Shown piece by piece: positions 12,478 to 25,484 of a stretch of 64,000 bases of DNA. The position numbers and the translations under genes are program-made. Each line of letters begins with the position of its first letter. The stretch's first letter is position 1. This DNA is from Bigelowiella natans CCMP2755. Lineage: Eukaryota > Protista > Cercozoa. The notes beneath the pieces are model-generated. The model did not search any database and was not told the DNA's origin. It was given only the letters and a program-made list of their open reading frames with translations. The stretch spans positions 46,158-110,157 of the forward strand of contig ADNK01002424.1 in NCBI GenBank assembly GCA_000320545.1, in the 5' to 3' direction.

Positions 12478-13946
12478 ATGCAGTTAGATGACCTTGAGGT
12501 ACATATTTATCCCGATGCGGGATGAAGATTACGCAGAAGACACCAAATTCCGAGTCGCATCATTCCGAATGTCCAACTTACTCACACACACAATGACTTT
12601 GTTCAAATCAAGGCGATAAAGAAGGAAAGACACGGACATTTCTGGAAGTTGCAAAACACCGAAATCAAGTCACTCTTCCGACGCGTAAGAGCCAAAAGTT
12701 CAGATGCACTGAGTCTCAAACTAACACACGAAAATCATGTGTTGGATTGGGATTGGTAATTTTCTTTTGCGACAATTTGTTTTCTTGAAAGAGGAGCATG
12801 TTTCTCTTGTATACCGCCGCTTTCCAATGTTGACATTTAAGAATTATGAAGACATTCGAGCTATCTTTACTTCCAAACACCGGTGGTTCGCATTACCTCA
12901 ACATTTCTTGCAAGACATTCTCCACCTCGTCCACGGCACAAGGCACATGCGTTCTCCATCATCCTCCTGGCTAGTAGCACATGCTATCAAGATGGTATTT
13001 GCTTTCCTAGAAGGTCTCTGGGCCGTGTCTTTACTGAAGAGCAGATGCAATCACAAGACAAAACGTCTTTTTCATTTTGGAGCCCTCATGTCAGTGCCAT
13101 GTCCTTTTGTTAGTGAATCTTGCAATATTTAAACACCCAAAAATATGTTTCAGAGAAGTCATTCTAATCATGGTTGGAATCACAATGTGAGTGATTTGTT
13201 AAATTGCGTACTTGTTCCAATGAGAAAGTTAAGTAACATTGAGAAATAGCATGCGATAACAAAAAGGTTAATGATAAGGCCCCCTTGGCAGATGATAGCT
13301 ACAGTCCGAATTGTAGTTACGATACCAGTACTATGGATGGTAGGAAAGCGCTATCCATTTTTAATTGTTTTCATGATGTACGAAATCATTAGGGATGGGG
13401 AGTTTTCGTATTGGTTGCTCAAGCTGTACAGCAAGTTCTTAGACCGAAGATGGAGATTAAATTTCAAGCCATCTTCATCGCACTGATAACTTGGAATTCC
13501 ATTCTTCAGGGAACAGTATTGCTCCTTTTTCTCCTTTTGAATGAGTTTCGCTGGAATGGGTTTCTGCTAATTATCCAGTCGATTATTATGTTTCCAGCGG
13601 GTGTAACTGCAGCGATCAATATGTACAGGTATTCACAATGTCTGTGATGAAAACATCTCTAACATAGATTTTGCATTTTGTCATCAGTTTATTAACATCA
13701 TACGAGAGGTCACAGACACAAATGTCAGAATTTCCAGTTGCACTATCACTAGAACCTCGCAAGTACTCGATTGGGAAAATGGCAAAAATGAATGATTCAC
13801 GAAATTCCTCCAGACGAGATTCAGAACTTTTAGACCTGGATGCAAATGTTACAGTCACGATGAATACGCCACAACCAAAAATGGAATCACCAAGACACAT
13901 GGCCCAAAATGGGGACCAAAAATATGTAACAATATGCAACTTTTAA
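12478..13946 (+). CDS. Uncharacterised multi-pass membrane protein; multi-exon
   Basis: Exons joined by short GT-AG introns give several hydrophobic helices (MVFAFLEGLWAVSLL; MIATVRIVVTIPVLWM|GWGVFVLVAQAV; AIFIALITWNSILQGTVLLLFLLL; GFLLIIQSIIMFPAGVTAAI) and a polar tail ending ...KYVTICNF*. The start is approximate. Confidence 0.65.
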
Positions 13947-13974
13947 TACTTGGCGTCTTGCATTTTTTCATTTA

Positions 13975-14225
13975 CCCCTCAACGTTCAATGCATCAGAGA
14001 AACTGGACAAAATCAACCAAAAATTCGAGTGGCAGTTTAGTGAGGTCTAGAAGTGATGCTACGTGCACCGTCAGCGTTGCGGGCGATCATGCCCCGTTGT
14101 GATCGAGGACAATCCTCGTCATCACGATGTCCACAGAGTGCAAAGCTCCGTGTGTGATGGACTAGTTGATTCAACTTGGAAATTGCGTGCAATGTAACAA
14201 CAATCATGCATTCTCATGCGTCAAA
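13975..14225. other. Short TpA-depleted block at convergent junction TM gene(+)/202-aa gene(-)
   Basis: About 5 TA in 250 bp (2 CTAG, TTAG, CTAC, GTAA). TG/CA-rich. Confidence 0.6.
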
Positions 14226-14421
14226 GGTAATGGGGGTCCAAAGTAAATTCTTCAAAACAAATCTGTGAGCCTATAGAAAAGAATGCCTAATCAACATTGC
14301 CAAGCCGCGGGGAAAAGAAATTGCAAAATAAATTCGGGCCCTGGATGTACATAGTCGACACGAGTCAGAACAATCTGAAACTACGGCTGAGCTATTTTTA
14401 GAATTCTTATTCATGATGCAC

Positions 14422-15030
14422 TTAGTCATCGTTGTTTTCGTTATTAGAGAAAGATTCAATGCTATCAGTCATCTTCCATAAAAGAATTCTCTTAGCACAT
14501 TTCGCTTTTGCGCTGTCGCATTTTCCTGTCTTCTTTAGCTCCTGCTTCACCTCGCTCAATGCCTTAGCATATTTCAAATCAAAGGCGGACGCTGCAGCAT
14601 TACTTTTGGCTCTGTATGTTCCAGGGGACATGCATCCATCTCTAGTAAGCTTTCGGAATCGAACTTTCAAGCTTTGCAACTCAAGTACCTCAGCAACAAA
14701 AAGCCTCGCTAAAATTCGCTTTGCTTCATTTGTGTACGAATGCCTGCGCTTTAGCGCTGGAGATGTGAACATCGGGGATTTGAAAGATGTGCTCCTCCCA
14801 TTAGGTGACTTGAATTCATTAGGTGTTCCTACTTTGCTGTCCCTGGACTCAAGTTTATCAGTGTCTTCAAAACGGGCATCTGTCCTTTGGTTGTGATGAC
14901 TTTCATCGTAATTGACAGTAATCTCATTTTTGCAATCAGCATTCTCCTCTGGAATAGTAATACTGACCAATTTCTTGTTTGTAGAGGGTGTAGAATCTGA
15001 TCTGGGAGTCCCTTCCTTCTTCGCCTCCAT
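14422..15030 (-). CDS. Hypothetical protein, 202 aa, single ORF (disordered N-half, helical C-half)
   Basis: Uninterrupted, non-repetitive ORF with protein-like composition. No family recognised. Confidence 0.7.
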   Translation of the reverse strand: MEAKKEGTPRSDSTPSTNKKLVSITIPEENADCKNEITVNYDESHHNQRTDARFEDTDKLESRDSKVGTPNEFKSPNGRSTSFKSPMFTSPALKRRHSYTNEAKRILARLFVAEVLELQSLKVRFRKLTRDGCMSPGTYRAKSNAAASAFDLKYAKALSEVKQELKKTGKCDSAKAKCAKRILLWKMTDSIESFSNNENNDD

Positions 15031-15598
15031 CTATCACTGGCAAGGAGTTGAACATTGAACTTGGCCGCGATCCAAGGATATATTTTTCAAACTATCACTC
15101 TACAATAATTATCCATACATTTAGAATAAGGCATGCGTTTATTACTCTTTACCTCCTTCGTATTGAAAATTGTCTTAAAATCTGCAATATTTGAAGAACT
15201 TATGCATTTTGTTAAGCTCATCACATCTAACGGCGGGTAATGTCGTGGTGAAATAAGGTAATATTTTCAGAAATACCATGCATTTGTTCCGACTCATCAA
15301 AGCGTTCAGAAAATGCGCAAAACTTTTCCTCGCTAGACTAGATCTATGTCTTGTTTATGGATTTGATTTTCATAACAAATTTTATTGACATTGATGTTAT
15401 GAGACAAACACAATGACCATGTCGTAGATACATTTTGTACAATTACTTCAAAAAAGTGCCCTTTCGAGCTATTCTTTCATCTGCTGATTGTTGTAACGGG
15501 GTATTTTGTTGAAAGACAACATTTTGTTGAAGTCGTGATCCAAATGCTACAATATTGATAGGTAAGACTTACACACACCGAAGCCCCCCCCGAAAACA

Positions 15599-17264
15599 AT
15601 GGCCTTCGATGACACCGAAGCTTTATTTAAGCTACTTAGAGACAGATTTTCGCTGGTATGTGACCACTAAGCCACCCTTTAAAGTAATCCTGATTTAAGT
15701 CATTTAGGCTTACTTTGCCAATTCCGGACCGAAAGGAGTTCGACCTCGCTCATCCCAGTGTGAAATGCAGATTTTTGTGAAGGAGAATCTCGATACCATT
15801 TACATATGCCACGAATCAATTTATATTAATATATTCATTATTTATTTGGTTTTATAAATTTAAACGTAGTTTAACATGTTTGTTTGTTTTCAGTGTAATC
15901 ACAACATTCGAGGAACTCCCCGGCCTTCTCCCTCCGAGTGATGATCGAATACATAAAGCAACTACAATAAGACATACTGGCAAGAACGCAGATGCACTGT
16001 ACGTGAAAATATAGTGGTTGGTAAATAATTCGTCGAGAAATTGTCTGATGGAATTTCTGAAAAGACTACAAGACTATCTTATTCTTACTTGTGAATTCTA
16101 TTCTAATTACAATTTGAAGGGAAATTCCAAAAAATAAAGTCACCAGTAGAAGTAAAAAGAGTTTTGAAAAGGCTAAGGTAAATAAGTTTTTCCTGAAATG
16201 ATACGGAAAATTTCTAATAAATCTAATTTCATTCAAAGAGATCTTGGACGCAGGAAGGTGCGCATTACATGTATTGTCTTTAGTTAAAATAGTTCACAAT
16301 AGCCTGCTGGAAACCATTTCACTGACATCTCCCATGGTAAATGTTACCATAATGATCTAAAACTATTTCGCAGAAGATACCCAACTCAAAGCCTTGGTGG
16401 TGAAATATGGACCAAGGCAATGGTCTGCAATCGCTAAGGAACTCCCAGGTAAAATAAAATTCATAAATTCATAAACCATTTACCATTTACAGAACTTAGT
16501 TTTCTTTGAAAAGTCAAATCTAAATTACTGATACTTTTTCGAAGGGAGAATCGGAAAGCAATGCCGTGAACGTTGGCACAATCATCTCAACCCTGATGTT
16601 AGAAAAGATGCCTGGACACCGGAAGAAGATATGATGTACAAAATGACTTGTACAAAATGACTTGAACATCTATGGTAGAATTAAAATGTATGAGCTTCTT
16701 GATTACCTTGTCAGAATTTTTGAGCAACACAAACGGCTGGGAAACCAATGGGCTGGAATTGCCAAGCTTCTTCCTGGTCGAACGGACAACGCAATCAAGA
16801 ATCGATATTATTCAACCGTAAGGAGGCTTGTTCGTCGACAGCGAAAGCAACTTAGAGATAAAATGAGGAGAGGGGAGACTGTAATTAATGAGGGATTGAT
16901 AGACAGCGATTCTCGTTTAAAATTTATTGCTGTAAATATGGAAACCCTGAAGATAATTGGCATCGATGACAAAATTAAAGAGATTCCAACTAGTAAGCGG
17001 CAAAAGACAGAAAAAAAGAGTGACGAAGTTGTAAGAACAAACTTATCCGGTACATCCATGGGTACTGCCGGTCGCCATACCACAGATTCTTCACTAGCAT
17101 CGTCTCCACCGCCTCCACCGCCTCCACCGCCTCCGTTACCCCCTTCTGTTCCTAAACAAATAGATTCCAGCCTCTCCATCAGAGAGGTTAAATCAGTACC
17201 TCCAGCAATTACGACGACTAGTTCGGGGCAAACTGTTCCATGGAGTGGACCATCCACCAAATAA
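15599..17264 (+). CDS. R2R3-Myb transcription factor; multi-exon
   Basis: Spliced exons read RSWTQE|[25 protein letters not shown]|[31 protein letters not shown]|[33 protein letters not shown], two canonical Myb repeats, followed by a poly-Pro C-terminal region. Probable start [10 protein letters not shown] at 15599. Confidence 0.95.
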
Positions 17265-17520
17265 CACTGACAGAGTTTCATCCGGACAATGTACATGTAG
17301 CTAGTAAAGAAAACAAACTTGAGTAAATTCATTAGTTCAAGGATTGTAGCAATTTGTTTGTAAGTAGTGCAAGTCAAAGCTATGTGTTCAGCAGCGCTAA
17401 AATTAATTTGAGCTTACACTTGGAGCATGTTGTTTCTCTAGTAGGCTGCGAGTGCGCTCATGGTTTTACAAATGCAAGTAAATGCTAGAATGCACTTGAA
17501 TCACCGATCGATTGCGCTAA

Positions 17521-18720
17521 CTGTCGGTTGACATGTGCATGAGCATGGCATTCGATGTCTACTAGTGCAAGACTAGAAGACTAGCTAGCTAGGTGGACAA
17601 TCGTGCACTGATGGCACGTCACAGCTAGCTAGGATGATGCATCATCAGCTAGATGATGAAAGCTCTAGAGCTAGTCATCACGTCCACAAGTCTAGAAGTC
17701 CAGACGCAAGACGGATGTGATTGATCAATCAAATTCCTAGATTTGTTCAATGGTCCCTCATGTGGCTGTGCAATGCTGAATGCAGCGCTAGAGCGGCTGC
17801 AGCGCTGATGATGAATCCATAGCTGTTGGTCTCATCTAGTCATCTGTGATGCTGTGATGTCTAGATGTGTTTCATGCAAGCAAATGCACGTTGTTTCGGT
17901 CTGCAATGCTGGAATGTCGCGCATTTCGCGCAGCAGTTCGTTTTTTCTTCTCAACAGGTGTCAATTTTTTGTTTCGTCGTTGTCGCGCATCACTGTGCTA
18001 GCATGGCAGTGAGCTGGTTCCTCAAACGGTCTAGCTAGCTAGCGGCGTTGATGTGTGGCGTACAATGCCAATGGGCAAGAAAGTGGATGATCCATGCACA
18101 TCTAGACATCTTCAATGACGTTGCACACTGCTCGATCTGCTAGCACTGCGCTTGCGCATCGCTAGATCGTCATTCGTGCTTCGGCCACAGTGCACAGTCC
18201 TCTTGAAAAATTTGAATTGATGTGTGCGCAATCTTTGGATCTCTAGATCTGCCCACGCTCGCTACTGTGGACATGCGCGCATGTCTAGATGTGTCCATGT
18301 CTCTAGCGCTTGCCATGGCTAGTTGGCATGGTAGCTCAGCTATGATTGCCAAATTGAACAGTTCTGCTGGTTGGCCATGCCAGCAGCATGCTACTAGCAT
18401 GCTAAGCACGCCTGAAAATCCCGCATGGCCACTCAAGATGCCCCTCTTCATGCCTGAATTGCTCATTCATCCCAGTGATGTGTGTTTGTTTGCGCTCTAG
18501 GCGTGAGCGACCTGCCAGAACGCATGATCTCCAGGCCCACAGCTAGAAAGAAAAAGACCATTGTGCGGATGTCACGCGCTAGCGCGCGCATGATGCTTTT
18601 GTCTTAGTGCTGCACAGCACTAGAGCTAGCATGCTCATCATAGCATGCTCATGACGATCCGCCATGAAATGAATGTCCTCGCATCGTGGGTTTTCCGATG
18701 TTCAGAACGCAGTCTTCATG
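17521..18720. other. Strong TpA-depleted / CTAG-enriched block at convergent junction Myb(+)/18920 gene(-)
   Basis: Hand count: 42 TA in 1200 bp. 32 are in CTAG, 9 in CTAN or NTAG, and 1 in GTAC. Confidence 0.95.
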
Positions 18721-18919
18721 TCGCATCGCACAAGCACATTGCAACACCCAATTGAAGAACTCTTGCAATGCACTTCGCTACGACCCTCAGTAGCGAAATT
18801 GTGCGCGTATCTGTGCGCACAACTCAATAAATATTTCCCCGTGAAGGTAAAATACAAATGTGTTTACAATAACAACTTCGCACGATTGTCTGGTGGACAA
18901 CGCATTCTTTCAACAACAA

Positions 18920-19770
18920 TCAAGAATGGGACTTGAGATCCGCTTGAACCTCATCCGCAAGATTTTGCACCTGGGCTCGAAGATTTTTTAAACTCTGAAT
19001 CCTTTTTTCAAGGGCTTTAGCATTTGCACCTTCTATCCATTTCTCGATTTGTTCTAGTACCCTATTTCTGAAATCAACGAAAAGAATAATGATTGGTCGC
19101 TATCTGTGGAAACGAATCAGATGCTCTCTTTTCCCTACTACTACGAGTGTATCAGTCGGTGACCTTCTCATCTTGTTGCGACCTTCTGCAGGAGAAAACG
19201 TGGCTATTGGAGTTCCCAATGCGAACAGACGATTTTCAGCCTTTGATTCCAGAATGTCGTGCTAAAAGCAATGCATTGTCATTATCACAATATGTATTCA
19301 CTTCTTTTTCCATTTTTCATCATCGTGGCCTGGAAAAGCAGCAGCCCCGTTGACAATAAGAACACAAGAGAAAAGTAAAAGTACAGCAGCTAAAACTCTG
19401 TGTATTCCTTGCTCTATTCCCACCGTATCACCAAGTAATTCAAATTAGCAAAAGTCCTCTCTAGCACGGAAAAGATCTTGTCCTACCTCATGCTTATGCA
19501 TCATCTTCATGAATCGATTAAATTCTTCCCTACCATATTGGTTGTATAACCTTATGTGATCTTCATTCATATCATTGGCCAAAAAAACAAACAAAACGTA
19601 CTCTGTTATCATTCCACCGCCAACTTCATCCAACAGAATATTTATGAAACGAAGCCGCTCTTCCACACTAGCCCTTGAGGTATTTTTCAAATTCCTACAT
19701 GATGGAAAAAGAAAGATGAACCAGCAGCCAAACGGCAACACACAAAGCACACGCACACGCACACGCACAT

Positions 19771-19815
<45 letters not shown>

Positions 19816-20392
19816 CACTCACACTCACTCGCACTGACACATAATAAACAGCGGTCTCTCCCCTCATAGTGAGCCATGCTTCTATTGGACAACGATAAAC
19901 GTTGATTTGTTGCAGGACATTATAGTTTAGTTACTCTGCTGCTGCATAGTTTACTTGATCGCACTATAAACCATTTCTATCATAGCTTATATATGTTGTA
20001 TAGTTTACTTGATCGCACTGTCCATCTTTTCTCTGAAATAGTCTTCGACTCTCTCTGAGAGCAATACTCCTTCTTTTAATTGATCACTTGTTCTCTTTTG
20101 TACCTCAGAGATACCTATTTTGGGAAAAAATTATCAGAATAATTTGAGATTATTCTACTAGTTTCATTGTCCTACAAGCGTCATTTCTCATCCAAACATA
20201 TAAACAAAATGCATCGTAACAAATTTTTAAGTCAAAACTGTGACAACAATTGAAAGGTGGTGTAATTTACACTACTTTCTACGTTAGAAGCGAGACTGGT
20301 TTTATATTTTTCCATCTTTGACAGTACATCAATGAGGTGATCTTTTAGTTTTTGAAGATTCTGTTCCAAAAACACCATTAGTTGGTTTGTTA

Positions 20393-20432
<40 letters not shown>

Positions 20433-21255
20433 GAACATCAGTCAAATTAAATATGTCTTTAAAAACATAACATTACCTTGATCTTCTCTTTGAGTACGTT
20501 TGTTCCATCCCTTGTTTGAGCATGCACGTCTCTAAGTTCAAACGTCTGGAAGAATATGGTCTTCACGGCGATGACTTTACGATAATCGCTGTACAAATTC
20601 CACGAAAATACCTTATGAACAAGAGCAAAAGTTGTGAGGATTGTGTAAATACAGTTACTATATCATTTTTTTTATGTTTTACAATGAAAATGATGAGCAC
20701 ACACTACTCCATTGAAGTGATAAGTTCCTTCTATCCTAACTCAGGTTCAAATTCTTCGACTTATTCTTACTACTACTACTACTACTTCCAATTACCAGGC
20801 TCGTGAACGAAACAAGTAGCAGCCAGAAGGCATTCAAATACTGCAGAAACTTGAAGTCGACAAAAAAAGTAGCCGCGAACAGAGCTGAGCTAGCCGGGAA
20901 TATAATTGAGAACAGAATCCTTACTTTTCCCCACCCTCTTTTGTCAAAGAAATGCAAACAGGGATGCTCCAGGCGATTCATCATCGCCAATAGATCCTCA
21001 CCACCAACGATTTTAGCCTCGTTTCTGTAGAATATGTATGAACTGGATTATTAACCCTATTAATTAGATGTGAACTGGTAGAATATGTATGAACTGGATT
21101 ATTAACCCTATTAATTAGATGTGAACTGGTGGTGAAAACTTAGTGATTATTCCTATTAATTAGATGTGAACTGGTGGTGGTGAAAACTTAGTGTAAGATG
21201 ATGACTTTGAATCGCTGCTCGCTCCTGCGAGAAAGGGTTGCGCTGCATCCATCAT
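18920..21255 (-). CDS. Uncharacterised protein with two N-terminal TM helices and coiled-coil segments; multi-exon
   Basis: Exons read MMDAAQPFLAG...| NEAKIVGGEDLLAMMNRLEHP...ILFSIIFPASSALFAATFFVDFKFLQYLNAFWLLLVSFTSL | VFSWNLYSDYRK... | ...VEERLRFINILLDEVGGG... | NRVLEQIEKWIEGANAKALEKRIQSLKNLRAQVQNLADEVQADLKSHS* (stop at 18920-18922), with GT-AG boundaries. Confidence 0.75.
21027..21180. repeat. Exact 51-bp tandem duplication plus partial third copy (intronic)
   Basis: 21027-21077 is identical to 21078-21128 (GTAGAATATGTATGAACTGGATTATTAACCCTATTAATTAGATGTGAACTG). Confidence 0.95.
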
Positions 21256-22665
21256 GGTTTATAAATTTGGACAAATATATTTGCCGCAATATGAGCTACA
21301 AAGTGGGTAAGTAGTGGGTAGATGGTCGCTGTGGAAATGGGGGCATAGAGGCAGCAGCAGCAGCCCCGTCGTAAGCAATGAGTAGTTCAATGGAGGCGGA
21401 GGAGCGGGCCCTTCCTGAAAGATATTTCCAGTAAGATTTAAAAACCGACAATTTATGCTTTGCTTTAAATCACCCAAAGCAGAATCACATGGCATTTCAT
21501 CTTTGAGACATATATACCGAAACTAAATAAATTAGAAAAATACTTATTGTTAAAGCGATCTTAAAGTAATTTGAGATTAGGACCTTGCCGATCAGTGAAC
21601 CTAAATATGAACATAATTTTCTGCATTTTTGTTCTGCGACTAAATTTGAAAATCATAATGATTCTCTTTCAAATATTAGTTGTCGTTTGAATAAAAAGCA
21701 ACGTAAATAACTCCCATATTATAGAATCCCCGTTATTAGCAGTTAGTAACCCATATCCTACAAACCAGACACACGTGCCCGTTTTAACCTATCTCTCCCT
21801 CAAACAGCAGTTGTCAATTACTACGAGCCCTGCTGTTAAAGGACTTATCGTCATACCCACCGTTGACTACCGTTGTTTTTGAGACCGATCAGGTGATATT
21901 TTAGCATATTGAGAAGATGTAAAAGAGAAAAGCATCAACTAACATGAAATGACAAGGAAATGAAAATAAGACACCAATAAGAGGTGCTTCATGGTCGGTG
22001 CTGTACATGAAAATAAGACATCAATATGAGGTGGTTAATGGTCGGTGCTGTGTTTACCGTACTTGTAATAATGATGATATAGAAAATACTTCCATGCAGA
22101 GCTAAGTGCCACTAAAATCTCATAGCAATCTGGTGAATCATTGGTGGTAATATGTTGGTGAGCAGGAAGTTTACTATCTATGGGTTGCGGTGCATCACAA
22201 GTACCACCCCCACTCTCACCCAATTCTGGTTATCATCCTTACATCATCACCACTTTGCTAGGAGTATAAAAGAAAGTGCTGTTGTTGTTGTTATCATTGT
22301 CTTCGCTATCTTTTTGGTCGTCGTAAATCCTTGTCTTCGATATATACACACACCCACACATACACACACAAACTTATGTACATGTATACATATACATCTT
22401 CACAAACAAGTGCATACCGCTCTCTTCTTTTAGTCTCCACAGAAAAGTGACTACATCATCGATTTTTTGATTGGATGATGAAATGAGTATCTTCAAGGAC
22501 GAAATCTAATGATAACATAAATTATCAGGGGTGAGCTCTAAACAAAATGGTGCTGCTAAGGCGCTGCCCAGAAATAGAAATGACGACAATGGCGGTGAGA
22601 AAGCAGCCGTAGCAGCACATACACGCTCACCTAATATATCCGCATGTTCTTTCTATCTCTCTCTT

Positions 22666-22711
<46 letters not shown>

Positions 22712-22727
22712 GCTCTCTATCTCTCTC

Positions 22728-22768
<41 letters not shown>

Positions 22769-23087
22769 GCGTACTTGTATTGTTTGGATGAATCAATCGT
22801 TGTTTGGTCAATCATTATAGCTGACAAAGGTTCAAGCTCTATCATGCACAAAGAGGTGAAGAACAACCCTCCACACCATGTCCGAACTACTACTACTACT
22901 ACAACTACTACATGTCTAGATATATGTTATCATGGCAACAGCAGTAAGTTTACACATGTCTAGATGCATGTTATCATGGCAACGGCAGTAAGTTCTTTTG
23001 CAGACAGAACAGATTATATAAACAACACAATTATTCCTATATTACTCATAAAAATTGACTAGTAGTAGTAGTAGTAGTATCTCAGTG

Positions 23088-23159
23088 CTGGCTTGTCCCT
23101 CGTTTGCAAAATGTTGACATATTCTGGCTTGTCCCTCGTTTGCAAAATGTTGACATATT
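23088..23159. repeat. Exact 36-bp tandem duplication
   Basis: CTGGCTTGTCCCTCGTTTGCAAAATGTTGACATATT x2. Confidence 0.95.
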
Positions 23160-23260
23160 CTAGGCTGCTGCTGTAAAACCTCCTTTAATGACTGAAAGCA
23201 AGGTCACATAAGTCAAAGGATGAGAATAAAGGACGAGATCAAATTGGAAGAAGAAGAAGA

Positions 23261-23293
<33 letters not shown>

Positions 23294-24339
23294 GAGTGTG
23301 AGCAGTGTAGAGAAATCAATTGCTATCTTTCACATCAATTTGGTGAGTAAATAACTCAAAAACGTCCGGATAAAGATATAGATAGTTAATGATATAGTTA
23401 ATGCTATTATCATCCAAGTATATTTAATGCTCATTGAAGGCCAAAATCATCTTGGGAGAGGGAGAGCGGACAAATGCAACAGCAGGAAGAGGGGGGGGAC
23501 AGAGAAGTAATATGTCCCCGATGATACTATCCACTATTACTCAAAACAATGGTTATTTTTACTAAATATGTCCCCGATGATACCATCCACTATTACTCAA
23601 AACAATGGTTACTACTATTACTACTATATGCGTTTATTATTGTAGCTTTAGCACTTAGAACACTTTTTAAACGAGCACAAACCATATGAATAACAACAGC
23701 TACATACGATATATTATCACACTTAACACCTACTACTATAGGGAAAGATGATATACAGGGGAGACATAAAAAGGGAGGAGGAGGGGAAGAGGGTGATAGT
23801 AGTAGTGCTCATATGTTGTGATCTGGTGGTGGTGGTGGTGGTGGTGCTAAAAGGAGGACAATCAGCAAGGAGTCAACAATCAGTTCAAAGTCTAAAGAAT
23901 GCTTTGGTGTGTGCGTACTGATGATGCTAAGTAAATAATAATGTCATAATCACTATTATCTGATTATTCACCAAGTTGCTGCTGTGTTTTTCCTTGTGTG
24001 CCTTCTTCTATTGATAGTAGTTACGATCAAATTATCCTTCTAAACATCACTATTTTAATGCGTGTTTCTTTTACAGTTAACTCCTCCAGAAGAAATGAAT
24101 CAAAAGCCAACAAGAGTACTAAACACGCCGTCCGCTGCTGCCTCTCCATCATCATCATCATCACCAATGAAGAATCGTCTTACTAAGCAAATGGGAACAA
24201 AGTAATAGTATAAATATATATTCCATTTTAATATGAATATCTTTAAATCATCATCCTCCTTGTGTAGTCTTTTATTCCCTCCCTCCCTTTTTTTTCTCCC
24301 CCCCCCCCCCCCTCCAAAAGGAAGAGGCGCCCTAGTGGA

Positions 24340-25025
24340 ATGATGTCAGGCAACAGAAGAAATTATAATAATAAGTCGTCAAGTGGTGAGTGTTGATAAA
24401 AGACAGATAGAATAGACTACACATATAACTACACATGGACCATGGGTGCCATGTGCTCGTACTTATTAATTTGTTATTTGTTACTTATTTAATTTGTTAT
24501 TTGTTAAATATGTGCTACACGAATACCTTTAATAAAATTTGAAACAATGAAAATTATACCTCAAGCAACAATAAAAGTAGATTCTTTCGCAGGTTTTTTT
24601 TAATTTTATTTCTTCATTTTTGTGTGTGCGCATGCGTGTGTTTGCATATAAACATATATACACACAAAGTAACATACGACACACCACCACCCTAGCAGCT
24701 GTAAGCTAAGTATAATATAGCATTCTAGCAGCATTAAGATAAGAGGAGATAAGTAGTATCGGCACCAACACAATCCTTCCTTTGCCTCCCCCCCTTGCTT
24801 GTTGACGTTCTATTTTCTTTGTACTGATTCTTGGTTGTTACGCTTCTCTTAGAAGCTACTACATCTTCAGTAGCTCCTTCTTCTCTCAGGTCCAAACGCT
24901 CTCCAAAAGGGAGGTGACTCAAATTAATACCACAAACATACGATGATATTCTAGTAATAGCTGCTTCAAAGCCTTCACACACACACACATACACACATAC
25001 ACACACTCTAAGAGTGAGGGTGAGA

Positions 25026-25065
<40 letters not shown>

Positions 25066-25447
25066 GAGAGATGAATAATTTATTTGTTGATTGATAACCA
25101 TCATCATAACAACGTATCCTCATCAACAACATATCAATAATAATAGTAATATTAGTAATAAAATAATGCCTCGTAGGAGAGGAAGCATTGGCATGAATTC
25201 ACCAACAACTCTACTAACAAGACAAACGTCTGTTGATTGGGATCGCCACACCGGTATAACAAGATTCATATATATATAATTTAAGTGTGGTGGTGATGAT
25301 GATGAGGACAATATAGGGAGATCCTCACATACATTATCATCATCATCATCATCATCATCTTTTAAACAACAACCGCAACAAAAACAACATTTCATCTTCC
25401 AATTGTGGGTTATTCTTGATACAGTAGACACACACACACACACACAC

Positions 25448-25484
<37 letters not shown>

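Noticed and set aside
17521-18720. Interpretation of the blocks as fungal-type RIP or CpG-methylation decay
   Set aside because: RIP increases TpA. CpG decay depletes CG, but CG is plentiful here (GCGCGC runs) while TA is what is missing.
21027-23610. Short direct repeats resembling a CRISPR array
   Set aside because: They are two-copy tandem duplications without unique spacers, in a eukaryotic intron/intergenic context with no cas genes.
21400-24300. Exon-like fragments between the 18920-21255 gene and the RCC1 gene
   Set aside because: Splice-like sites exist but the candidate frames contain stops. An unannotated gene or long 5' UTR cannot be supported or excluded.
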